A DNA stretch of 64,000 nt from a virus (taxonomy: Duplodnaviria; Heunggongvirae; Uroviricota; Caudoviricetes). The stretch lies in IMG/VR virus record IMGVR_UViG_3300010367_000170; one strand, given 5' to 3'. The position numbers and the translations under genes are program-made. Each line of letters begins with the position of its first letter. The stretch's first letter is position 1. The notes below the pieces were generated by a model that worked only from the letters and a program-made list of their open reading frames with translations, was not told the origin of the DNA and ran no database searches. This document shows positions 1-7,443 of this stretch, piece by piece.

Positions 1-270
1 GTTGGCTGCCAGGTTGATCCAGAGGGCTTCGTCATCGGAGCATTCGATGACCTTGCACTCCACCGTCTCCCAGTCTTCGAGGCGTGCGGCTTCGGTGGTG
101 CCGTGGCCGGACAGGACGGTGTAGACGCCCTCATGTTCCCGAACGATGATCGGCTGGAACTGGCCTTTGCGGAGGCTGCGGCGCAGTTCGTCAAGGTCGT
201 GTTCTTTGGCGTTGCCGGGGAATTCTTGGAGTTTCGCCAGGGGGATGTGCGCGAACTCGACATGCTTCAT
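1..270 (-). CDS. ParB-like nuclease (ParBc) domain protein, N-terminal part only (gene continues past window start)
   Basis: Minus-strand translation from ATG 270-268 (AAGGAC 5 nt upstream) gives MKHVEFAHIPLAKLQEFPGNAKEHDLDELRRSLRKGQFQPIIVREHEGVYTVLSGHGTTEAARLEDWETVECKVIECSDDEALWINLAAN, open to position 1. ParB N-domain pattern (PIIVRE..Y.VLSGHgt.EAARL). Absent from ORF track because it is truncated. Confidence 0.6.
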   Translation of the reverse strand, partial: MKHVEFAHIPLAKLQEFPGNAKEHDLDELRRSLRKGQFQPIIVREHEGVYTVLSGHGTTEAARLEDWETVECKVIECSDDEALWINLAAN

Positions 271-485
271 GTGGTGTCCTTCGTTGGGTTTGGCGGCTGT
301 CCCTCCGGTTGCCGCTGTGTTGATCACGAGTGTAGGGCACCAGGTGGCGACACGATACGGCCGTCGTGTTCGGCGGTAGTAAACAGCAGGATGTTGAGTT
401 GGCAGACCCGACGTGGGAGGACTTTACTTCACTTACCCGGGAGGGGTAACGTAGCGGAATAGATCCTTTTACCGGAGGAGAGTAC

Positions 486-764
486 ATGGCCTCTAGTCCC
501 TACAACCCGCCCCGCTGGAAGCAAGACCTGTGCGGGGCACACGAGATCGCGAGATGGGCGAACGTCACCACAGCACAGGTGACCCACTGGTCCAAGGAAG
601 AGTGGTTTCCGGCTCCGGTCGATGAACTTCAGATGGGTAGGGTGTGGCGGTTCAAGGAGGTGGTGGACGTGCTCACTGAGCGCGGATACCCCAAGGAGTC
701 GTACTTTGAGCGCTACCCAGCCCACAAGCAGCGGCTCAACAAGTCGCAGAACAGCGGTGAATAG
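486..764 (+). CDS. Small helix-turn-helix DNA-binding protein (MerR/excisionase-like)
   Basis: GGAGGAG RBS 8 nt before ATG. ARWANVTTAQVTHW resembles an HTH_17/Xis-type recognition helix. Confidence 0.65.
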   Translation: MASSPYNPPRWKQDLCGAHEIARWANVTTAQVTHWSKEEWFPAPVDELQMGRVWRFKEVVDVLTERGYPKESYFERYPAHKQRLNKSQNSGE

Positions 765-1016
765 CAGCATCTCCCAGTGCGGGTACGTGTACTGCCTGGG
801 TTCATATAGCAAGCCGCCGGAGCAGTGCGAGGAGGATGCCTTGGAGGGGAAGGAGTTCTGCTCCCGGCATCTGTATGGCTACGACGAAGCCTGGGACGGC
901 TTCGACTGGTCGTAGGAACAACGCTCCGGCCCTTTCGGGTAAGCCCCTGCCTCTCCGGACGGCGGGGGCTTTCTCGTTGGCTAGGGGCTGCGGTGCCAGC
1001 TTCCCCGCTACCTAGT

Positions 1017-1053
1017 TTTACTCCGCTTAGCGACCCGAGTAACGTTACCCGCG
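1017..1053 (+). promoter_or_regulatory. Conserved 37-nt upstream element (copy 1) containing perfect palindrome GTAACGTTAC (1039-1048)
   Basis: TTTACTCCGCTTAGCGAcccGAGTAACGTTACCCGCG, about 30 nt upstream of ATG 1084. Near-identical copy at 7378-7414. TTACTC/GAGTAA arms can form a hairpin. Confidence 0.5.
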
Positions 1054-1083
1054 CCGTTACTCGACGGCAGGAGGAGGAGAAGA

Positions 1084-1776
1084 ATGATCGACACCGAAGT
1101 GAAAACCGCCATCCACCTGCACGCGCCAGCAGACATCGATGGCCTCTACGACGAAGCCGTCAACGCCATCCTCAAGTACGACAACGTCAACTGGACCGAC
1201 GTCCACAAGATGGACATCCCCGTGCGGGAACAGCCCGGCGTCAAGATGGTCATCCCCGTCGGAGCCAACATCAAGCTGATGATCTGCTACCGCCCCGACG
1301 GCAAGCCCCTGTCCGACGAAGGCGACTTCCTGCTGCGGCAGGCCGCGTGCAACAACCCGGACTGCAAGCCGTCGCAGCACTTTCCGGCGCACCACACCCT
1401 GCTGGCGTTCGCCACCGACATCGGCCACCAGACCGACGGCATCCAGAACTGCGGGGAACTCCACGCGTCCATCATCTACCGCCTCGGAGAGTGGCTGGAC
1501 AACCACGGCATCCGGTGGTCCTGGGCGTCGGTCCTCAACGACGACACCCACTCCGGCTACGACAACCTCAACAAGATGTCCGCCTGGTTCGGGGAGTACC
1601 AGCAGAAGCTCGCCTACCGGGCCGCGATGGAGTCCCTGGGACCGGCGGTGCCCCTGAACTCCCTGCCCGGTCTGATGATCTTCGCCGAGAGGGTGGCCGC
1701 CGCCAAGGCGGAAGAGGACGACAGCGACGACGACTGGGAAGACCCGTACGCCGACTACGTGGAAGAAGACGAGTAG
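1084..1776 (+). CDS. Hypothetical protein (230 aa)
   Basis: AGGAGGAGGAGAAGA RBS then ATG. High GC3. Acidic C-terminus. Confidence 0.7.
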   Translation: MIDTEVKTAIHLHAPADIDGLYDEAVNAILKYDNVNWTDVHKMDIPVREQPGVKMVIPVGANIKLMICYRPDGKPLSDEGDFLLRQAACNNPDCKPSQHFPAHHTLLAFATDIGHQTDGIQNCGELHASIIYRLGEWLDNHGIRWSWASVLNDDTHSGYDNLNKMSAWFGEYQQKLAYRAAMESLGPAVPLNSLPGLMIFAERVAAAKAEEDDSDDDWEDPYADYVEEDE

Positions 1777-1791
1777 CAGGCAACGCACGGG

Positions 1792-1825
1792 AAAGCCCCC
1801 ACCGCGCCACATCGGTGGGGGCTTT
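1792..1825. terminator. Hairpin terminator (13-bp perfect stem AAAGCCCCCACCG/CGGTGGGGGCTTT)
   Basis: Sits between convergent genes 1084..1776(+) and 1905..2408(-). Second hairpin at 1829-1861 (TTGCCCGGGG/CCCCGGGCAA). Confidence 0.6.
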
Positions 1826-1904
1826 AGGTTGCCCGGGGCACCGGAGGGAGACCCCGGGCAACCCTTCGCGTCTCAACCGTTTCCGGGAGTCGCGAAGTCT
1901 GTGA

Positions 1905-2408
1905 TCATCCTAGAGCCACGATCTCCGCCAGCGCATCCTCCGGGGTCAGCTCCCGGTTGGCCAGGCGAGTACCGACGTGCCGCGCGGCAGCGGCGGTGAA
2001 GCCGTTGTTCATAGCCCAGACGTCCAGGTCTCGCAGCGCGGCGTACATCTCGCGCTGTTCGGCCAGGTAGATGTCAGCGACGTCCTTGCCGTACTGGCGG
2101 TACTCGTTCTTGACGTCGTTGTTGATCGCGACGAATGCGTTGACGTGGGCGCTGTCGGCGATCTGGGCCATCACGGTCCCGATGGCGGTCTGCTCCACCT
2201 CCGACGGAGGCTTGGAGGGGCTGTCGGCTGGCGGGTTGTTGCCTCCCGGGCGCCACAGGGGCAGGTCCAGGGCGCTGTCGGGGCGTTGGGAGGAGCGCAG
2301 CGGCTCCAAGGGAGCGTCGCTGCGCAGGATGTCCAGGGCTTCGGTGGCGCGTCCGACGGGCTTCTGGGTCCTGAGCCTGTTGTAGGGGTCTTCCGTGTTG
2401 AAGGGCAT
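1905..2408 (-). CDS. Hypothetical protein (167 aa), lone minus-strand gene in early plus block
   Basis: GGAGGAG RBS upstream of ATG (plus 2409-2425 reverse complement). Confidence 0.65.
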   Translation of the reverse strand: MPFNTEDPYNRLRTQKPVGRATEALDILRSDAPLEPLRSSQRPDSALDLPLWRPGGNNPPADSPSKPPSEVEQTAIGTVMAQIADSAHVNAFVAINNDVKNEYRQYGKDVADIYLAEQREMYAALRDLDVWAMNNGFTAAAARHVGTRLANRELTPEDALAEIVALG

Positions 2409-2634
2409 GGTCTTCTCCTCCGGTTGGGGTTTTTGGGCAGCCCCGTGGAAGTGTGGAGAAGGAAACGGGGCTGCGCTACGTATAGATAGTAGCGTACGAA
2501 CGTTACCGCGTTAACTCGGACATGTGGGTACAGCCTAAACAAGCGAGCTTCCCTCCTCTTACCGATGGGGTATACGATACCGATATTGCTTCGGAGGAAC
2601 CCCCCGGAGCCGCCGAATAACCGGAGGAACACAT
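2409..2634. promoter_or_regulatory. Divergent intergenic regulatory region
   Basis: Contains hairpin 2437-2474 (GCAGCCCCGT..ACGGGGCTGC), motif GAACGTTACCGCG at 2508-2520 (variant of GTAACGTTAC..CCGCG) and near-palindrome GGTATACGATACC at 2569-2581. No ORF with coding signal. Confidence 0.45.
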
Positions 2635-4173
2635 ATGGGTAACGCCATGAGCTTCGATGAGTTCCAGCTCATGCTCAAGCACGGTCCCGACGCGGAGAAG
2701 GACATGGTCCAGGCCATGATCCTCGCCGCTCTCGGCAAGCTCGGCGGTGCCGCCGCCAGCGAGGACGACCTGCTGTTCAAGGGCAAGAAGTTCATCCTGC
2801 CCGCCCAGTTCGAAGGCGACATCCAGGGCGCCGTCAGCTACCTGCGGAACCTGGACGAGCAGCTGAACACCGTCCACGCGTTCCGGCGCACCTTCCGCTA
2901 CCGGCCCGACGACGTCGCCCACGCGCTGGGCGTCGCCATGAAGAAGATCTTCGGCACCACCGGCATCGGCAAGGAGACGGTGGGCTTCTTCGGATCCGTC
3001 ACCCCTCCGACCTTCCGGACCGTCAACACCGGCTTCAACGAGACGGCGCAGGTCATCCAGGGTAAGACCGAGTTCCCGCCGCTGGGCGCCGTCATCACCG
3101 TCCACTACGACCAGGACGCCGAAGTGGGGATGCTCGGGCACCTCATCATCGAAGCGCCGCGCAGGTTCCGCGCCCAGGCTGAGGGCCTGTTCCTGGCGGT
3201 GGAGGACGTCCTCAAGACCGCCTCCATCTACCGGGGCAAGGCTGTCAACGGATCCGACACCCCCGGGTTCCTCAACACCGGCCTGATCGACCCGCGCCGC
3301 GTCATCTACACCGCCGACGTCATGGACCAGCTCGACGCCAACCTGTGGACACCGATCCGCCACACGGACGTCCTGCGGGAGATGGGGATGCCGCTGAAGC
3401 GGGCCGTACTCCTGGAGGGGCCGTACGGCACCGGCAAGTCGATGGCTGCCGCGCTGACCGCCCGGATCTGCGAGGAGAACAGCTGGACGTTCGTCCAGGT
3501 GCGTCCGGGTGACGACCTGGAGCTGGCGATGAAGACCGCGCGGCTGTACGAACCGGCCGTCGTGTTCTACGAGGACGTGGACACCGTCACGGAGAACGGC
3601 GAACCGGCGCACGTGTCCAGGCTCCTGGACATCTTCGACGGCATCGCCGCCAAGGGCGCCGACGTGATCGTGGTCATGACCACGAACCACGTGGACAAGA
3701 TCCAGAAGGGGATGCTGCGCCCGGGACGGATGGACTCGGTCATCCACATCGGTGCGATGGAACCGGACGGTTTCCGGAAGCTCATCGAGGTCAACGTGCC
3801 GGAGGGCATGTTGATGAACATCGACTACGACGAAGTGGGCAAGGCGTTCGACGGTTTCCTGCCCGCGTTCGCGATGGAGGCCATCAACCGGGCGATGCGG
3901 TACGGCGTGTCCCGCTCCAAGGGCAAGCCGGACTTCCTCACCACCCACGACTTCGTCGCTGCCGCCGACGGCCTGCGGCCCCAGCTGGCCCGCATGAACG
4001 AAGCCACCGAGGGCGTGCGGCTGCCCAACGTGGACAAGGCGCTGCGGGACATGGTCCAGGACGCCATCCACAAGTCGGAGTTCGTGAACAACGACCCGGA
4101 CGAGAAGATCGACGACGCGGATGTGTACTACCGGCTGCGCAAGCCGAAGGTGAAGCTGAACGGCGAGCAGTAG
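2635..4173 (+). CDS. AAA-family ATPase (classic AAA: Walker A GPYGTGKS, second region of homology with MLRPGRMD)
   Basis: CGGAGGAAC RBS then ATG. 512 aa. N-terminal ~250 aa domain of unknown function followed by an AAA module. Confidence 0.8.
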   Translation: MGNAMSFDEFQLMLKHGPDAEKDMVQAMILAALGKLGGAAASEDDLLFKGKKFILPAQFEGDIQGAVSYLRNLDEQLNTVHAFRRTFRYRPDDVAHALGVAMKKIFGTTGIGKETVGFFGSVTPPTFRTVNTGFNETAQVIQGKTEFPPLGAVITVHYDQDAEVGMLGHLIIEAPRRFRAQAEGLFLAVEDVLKTASIYRGKAVNGSDTPGFLNTGLIDPRRVIYTADVMDQLDANLWTPIRHTDVLREMGMPLKRAVLLEGPYGTGKSMAAALTARICEENSWTFVQVRPGDDLELAMKTARLYEPAVVFYEDVDTVTENGEPAHVSRLLDIFDGIAAKGADVIVVMTTNHVDKIQKGMLRPGRMDSVIHIGAMEPDGFRKLIEVNVPEGMLMNIDYDEVGKAFDGFLPAFAMEAINRAMRYGVSRSKGKPDFLTTHDFVAAADGLRPQLARMNEATEGVRLPNVDKALRDMVQDAIHKSEFVNNDPDEKIDDADVYYRLRKPKVKLNGEQ

Positions 4174-4183
4174 CCGAACCGTA

Positions 4184-4213
4184 GGGGGACGCCCGGTCTG
4201 CCGGGCGTCCCCC
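4184..4213. terminator. Hairpin terminator GGGGGACGCCCGG-tctg-CCGGGCGTCCCCC
   Basis: Perfect 13-bp stem immediately after the stop of 2635..4173. Confidence 0.6.
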
Positions 4214-4234
4214 GTTCCCGTACCGGAGGCGAAG

Positions 4235-4576
4235 ATGAGGTTGACGGCCGAGCAGGGTGCGGAGATGGTGGCCGCTGGCGGGAGGTGGCTGGACGTTCGC
4301 GGACCGGCGTACGGCTGGTTGGACCGGGTGGACCTGGATCGGTTGGACATCCGGTCCAGCGACGACTGCGTGTTGGGTCAGGTGTTCAGGGACCGGTCGC
4401 CCGGCGAGACCGGTTACGCGTGGGCTTGCCGGATGCTGCCGCCCAGGACCGGTACCGCGAGGCTCACGGAGATGGGGTTCTTCTACCCGTACGAGGACCC
4501 GGAGGACTACGCGCACGGCTGCGCGACCCTGACGGAGGCTTGGCGGTACTACATCACGGCCCGTCGGGCGAGGTAG
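4235..4576 (+). CDS. Hypothetical protein (113 aa)
   Basis: CCGGAGGCGAAG RBS then ATG. Confidence 0.6.
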   Translation: MRLTAEQGAEMVAAGGRWLDVRGPAYGWLDRVDLDRLDIRSSDDCVLGQVFRDRSPGETGYAWACRMLPPRTGTARLTEMGFFYPYEDPEDYAHGCATLTEAWRYYITARRAR

Positions 4577-4593
4577 TCCAAGTGAAGACGATG

Positions 4594-4620
4594 ACGCCGG
4601 AGGCATCCCGCCTCCGGCGT
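4594..4620. terminator. Hairpin ACGCCGGAGG-catcccg-CCTCCGGCGT followed by TTCTTG
   Basis: 10-bp perfect stem after the stop at 4576. Confidence 0.5.
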
Positions 4621-4642
4621 TTCTTGCGGGAGGAGGGTTTCA

Positions 4643-5092
4643 GTGGCCGACTGGCGTGATTTGAGTATTCGAGAGATTGAGGATCTTCTGGAAGAGGGTC
4701 GGCAGCAGGCTTTGAGGGATGAGAGGAGCGCGGTTGCCGGGTCCAAGACCAAGGGTACGGCTGACGAGAGGTACCAGCAGTACAGCAGCTATTTGCTGAG
4801 TTTGCGTCGGCTGCTGATGTTCCTGGCGGAGAACGAGCCTAAGACGTCCCGGACGCGGTATCGCAAGGAGCGTTGCCCTTGGTGCGCTAAGCGTGTCTCC
4901 GTCACGGAGGACACGGTTTGGACGTGTCCTGCGGATGTTCGGCGGGACGCTCCGGGGTGGCTGACTCCGGCTCACTCGGAGATTGTTGATCTGCGGCGGA
5001 AGGGGAGTAACCCCTCCAGCTGTGGGCGCGCGTATGGGTTGTCTTGTTATCAGGATGTTCCGGCTCACGGGGAGTGTCACAGGAGGGGGTGA
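4643..5092 (+). CDS. Hypothetical protein (149 aa), GTG start
   Basis: GGGAGGAGGG RBS 5-6 nt before GTG. Confidence 0.55.
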   Translation: MADWRDLSIREIEDLLEEGRQQALRDERSAVAGSKTKGTADERYQQYSSYLLSLRRLLMFLAENEPKTSRTRYRKERCPWCAKRVSVTEDTVWTCPADVRRDAPGWLTPAHSEIVDLRRKGSNPSSCGRAYGLSCYQDVPAHGECHRRG

Positions 5093-5274
5093 TCGGTGTG
5101 GGCGCGGTTAGCCGTCCGTGTCCCAAGCCGCACAAGTTGCGGTTTGCTGCGCTCGCCGCTGCTGAGATCCGTTCTCGGGTGTACACGGAGATGTTCGGTA
5201 GACAGCAATACGTGTACCGGTGCCGGTGCGGTTATTACCACCTGACTACAAGACCTCCCAGGCGTCAAACCTAG
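5089..5274 (+). CDS. Small Cys-containing protein (61 aa), GTG start overlapping upstream stop (GTGA)
   Basis: CAGGAGGGG before GTG 5089. Product carries a CRCGYYH motif. Low confidence. Confidence 0.35.
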   Translation: MIGVGAVSRPCPKPHKLRFAALAAAEIRSRVYTEMFGRQQYVYRCRCGYYHLTTRPPRRQT

Positions 5275-5299
5275 GACTTCCGTACGCTTATCGAATAGA

Positions 5300-5323
5300 G
5301 TAACGTTACCTCGGTAACGTCAC
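5300..5323 (+). promoter_or_regulatory. Tandem operator-like sites GTAACGTTAC (5300-5309) plus GTAACGTCAC (5314-5323)
   Basis: Perfect 10-bp palindrome and an adjacent one-mismatch copy, about 20-40 nt upstream of ATG 5342. Confidence 0.5.
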
Positions 5324-5341
5324 GTCAACCAGGAGGAATAC

Positions 5342-5965
5342 ATGAAGGAATCCACCAAAGACACCGCCACCAGCACCGCGCACGTCAACGGTGTCCTCGC
5401 CGCGATGGGCTACACCGTCGTCGGCGGCAGTCGCGACCGCAACCGGTTCAAGGACGGCTTCCGCGTCCAGAAGCCCACCGAACAGTACGGCGCCATCCCC
5501 GTCACCATCACCAGCCGACGCCGCACCTATGACGTCCAGGCCGAGATCGACAAGATCGTCATCGAGTTCGCCAGCAAGGAACTGGAGATCCACGACATCG
5601 TCGTGTCCGACGACAACAAGTTCGGCAGCTTCACCGTCCGCAGAGCCTTCAACAAGGGCAAGACCGCCGACGGCAAGGGCATCACCCGCATCAAGGGCCG
5701 ATACTGGTTCATCCACCTGCGCGCCTCCGTCGTGTGGACCGTCATGACCGACGCCGACGACACCGACCTGCGCACCGTGGAGGTCGAGAGCGCCCAGTAC
5801 ACCCGCTACCCCTTCTCGATCGTCGCCGAGATGCGGCGCAACGTGAAGGTTCCCGGCCAGCGGATGGTCAACTGGTCCGTCACCGTCAACGGCAAGAAGC
5901 GCAGCGAGTACCCGGGGCTCACCGCCGCCAAGGCGGATGTCCGCAAGGCGCTCCTGGGGGAGTAA
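5342..5965 (+). CDS. Hypothetical protein (207 aa)
   Basis: CCAGGAGGAATAC then ATG. Strong coding bias. Confidence 0.7.
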   Translation: MKESTKDTATSTAHVNGVLAAMGYTVVGGSRDRNRFKDGFRVQKPTEQYGAIPVTITSRRRTYDVQAEIDKIVIEFASKELEIHDIVVSDDNKFGSFTVRRAFNKGKTADGKGITRIKGRYWFIHLRASVVWTVMTDADDTDLRTVEVESAQYTRYPFSIVAEMRRNVKVPGQRMVNWSVTVNGKKRSEYPGLTAAKADVRKALLGE

Positions 5966-5998
5966 CCGCAACAACGACCGGAGGAGAACCGTGGAGAA

Positions 5999-6334
5999 GT
6001 GGATTTGCGGACGCGTCACCAACGCTGGCCGCGAGGCGGCGGTGGCCACGTGAGCGTCAAGGTGCTCGTGGAGATCGACGGCAGCGTGGCGCCGTTGGAG
6101 GAGTGCGAGTGGGTGTGGACCGAGAAGTGCGGCTGCGCCGTAGCCATGTCTTACGCCAACACCGCCGATGAGGAGAAGGCTTGGAGGGATGCGTTCCAGT
6201 ACGCCAAGGAACGGGCCAAGCTGCGCAGGCGCGGCGTCACCGCCGAACTGATGACGTTCAAGCGGGCCAGGGCGGAGTTCCTGCCGATGATGCGGCTGGA
6301 GTACACCTGCCCGCACAAGAAGGAGGGGAAGTGA
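5999..6334 (+). CDS. Hypothetical Cys-containing protein (111 aa), GTG start
   Basis: GGAGGAG 8 nt before GTG 5999. C..W.W..KCGC and CPHKK motifs. Confidence 0.5.
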   Translation: MDLRTRHQRWPRGGGGHVSVKVLVEIDGSVAPLEECEWVWTEKCGCAVAMSYANTADEEKAWRDAFQYAKERAKLRRRGVTAELMTFKRARAEFLPMMRLEYTCPHKKEGK

Positions 6335-6546
6335 CCGTCAACAACGACCGGATGACGTTGAACGTCGCTCCGCAGTGCCGCAAGGACCTGGACCTGTTGA
6401 TGGCTGAGCTGGGCCTGAACCAGACCGACGTCATCCACCGGGCAACGCGGCTGCTGGCGATCTACCAGGAGACTGTTCGGGATGGCGGCGAGTTCCTGAG
6501 GCGCCGCACCAGCGGCAAGGAGCCGGAGGTCATCCTCTTCCTGTAG
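6331..6546 (+). CDS. Small protein (71 aa), GTG start overlapping upstream stop (GTGA)
   Basis: AAGGAGGGG then GTG 6331. Internal part of ORF 6181..6546 with good coding character. Confidence 0.55.
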   Translation: MTVNNDRMTLNVAPQCRKDLDLLMAELGLNQTDVIHRATRLLAIYQETVRDGGEFLRRRTSGKEPEVILFL

Positions 6547-6574
6547 AACACAGCCCCGCTCCGGCGGGGCACCC

Positions 6575-6646
6575 GCCCTCATACCTCAGTGGTCAGAGGA
6601 CCCAGTCACCGTGGGGAAGTCACGGGTTCGAATCCCGTTGAGGGTA
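6575..6646 (+). tRNA. tRNA (72 nt), tentative anticodon CAC (Val)
   Basis: Cloverleaf folded by hand: acceptor GCCCTCA/TGAGGGT, D stem CCTC/GAGG, T arm ACGGG-TTCGAAT-CCCGT, discriminator A then CC. The anticodon stem is imperfect (4 bp), so the identity call is weak. Confidence 0.6.
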
Positions 6647-6748
6647 CCGGTACGCGCAGTTGAACGCAGGCGTTTCCTTTGGTCCGCCTAAGCGTTCCTT
6701 CGTTGCAGCGGAGTGGATGGGCTGCGCGTACCTCACAACCGAAAACAG

Positions 6749-6821
6749 GTTCTCGTGGCCCGATCGGTAGGGGCAGCGGCCTTATGCGCCGTTGGTGGGG
6801 GTTCGAATCCCTCCGAGAGCA
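6749..6821 (+). tRNA. tRNA (73 nt), anticodon UAU (reads rare AUA; Ile2-like)
   Basis: Clean cloverleaf: acceptor GTTCTCG/CGAGAGC, D stem GCCC/GGGC, anticodon stem GCGGC/GCCGT with loop cTTATgc (U33, purine 37), T arm GGGGG-TTCGAAT-CCCTC. Confidence 0.7.
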
Positions 6822-6850
6822 CGCCCAACAAGCTCAACCCGGAGGTTTCT

Positions 6851-7027
6851 GTGTCGAACAGTATGACGCGTCAGCATTTCAAGGCTGTGGCGAACGTGAT
6901 CGCAGCCATTAAGGATCCTGACCAGCGTCGCGAAAGCTGTTACGACGCTATCCGGGAGTTGAGGCAGTTCAACAGCAACTTCAACCGGTCCCGGTTCGAA
7001 GCCGCTTGCGGCCTGAAGGAGGAGTAG
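6851..7027 (+). CDS. Small protein (58 aa)
   Basis: CCGGAGG 5 nt before GTG 6851. The longer listed ORF 6713.. would overlap the tRNA, so the start was trimmed. Confidence 0.45.
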   Translation: MSNSMTRQHFKAVANVIAAIKDPDQRRESCYDAIRELRQFNSNFNRSRFEAACGLKEE

Positions 7028-7293
7028 TGGAGACGGAGACGCACGATCAGATGGTGGTGTTCACGTTGGAGCCCGACGGTTGGTGGGCTACGTGGCTGCC
7101 GGGGCAGGACGGGACGGTGGCTGTTCACGGCGGGAACGGTCCGGTGCCGCAGGAGTCGGAGGAGTTGGTGTCCCTCGGCATCTGGGACGTGTTCGAGACG
7201 GGTCTGGGTGACGACGCGGACGAGGTGGAGGCGGTGTTGAAGTCCGGCGGTTTCCGTGTGGTTTCGCGGGAGTGTAGGACGTTGGACTTGTAG
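7027..7293 (+). CDS. Small protein with HicB-like N-terminal fold signature (88 aa)
   Basis: AGGAGGAG just upstream of GTG 7027. TLEPDGWWATWLPGQDGTVAVHG resembles HicB/UPF0150. Confidence 0.45.
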   Translation: METETHDQMVVFTLEPDGWWATWLPGQDGTVAVHGGNGPVPQESEELVSLGIWDVFETGLGDDADEVEAVLKSGGFRVVSRECRTLDL

Positions 7294-7377
7294 CCTGTTC
7301 GGTGACCTCTCGGTCAGTGGCGAGCCCCAGACGTGACCCCCCGGTTCTGGGGCTTGTTGCTTTTCTCCTCGATGGGC

Positions 7378-7414
7378 TTTACTCCGCTTAGCGATAGGAG
7401 TAACGTTGCCCGCG
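7378..7414 (+). promoter_or_regulatory. Conserved 37-nt upstream element (copy 2) with GTAACGTTGC core
   Basis: TTTACTCCGCTTAGCGAtagGAGTAACGTTGCCCGCG, about 30 nt upstream of ATG 7444. Matches 1017-1053 with a compensatory stem change (TTACTCC/GGAGTAA). Confidence 0.5.
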
Positions 7415-7443
7415 TAAGCTGCCCCGCCATCGAGGAGAAGACG

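Noticed and set aside
787-915. Possible 42-aa Cys-containing mini-ORF (GTG 787) after the HTH gene
   Set aside because: No RBS and too short to score. Left out of features, but could be real.
825-1904. 359-aa Arg-rich plus ORF overlapping 1084..1776
   Set aside because: Wrong-frame artefact (poly-R/P/G composition). The in-frame 1084..1776 gene has a strong RBS and normal composition.
2503-4350. 615-aa minus-strand ORF antisense to the AAA ATPase gene
   Set aside because: Arg/Gly/Val-rich shadow ORF typical of high-GC antisense frames. No RBS. The sense-strand gene has a clear Walker A and RBS.
6713-7027. Long form of the ORF overlapping tRNA 6749-6821
   Set aside because: N-terminal part overlaps a well-formed tRNA. 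Trimmed to GTG 6851, which has an RBS.
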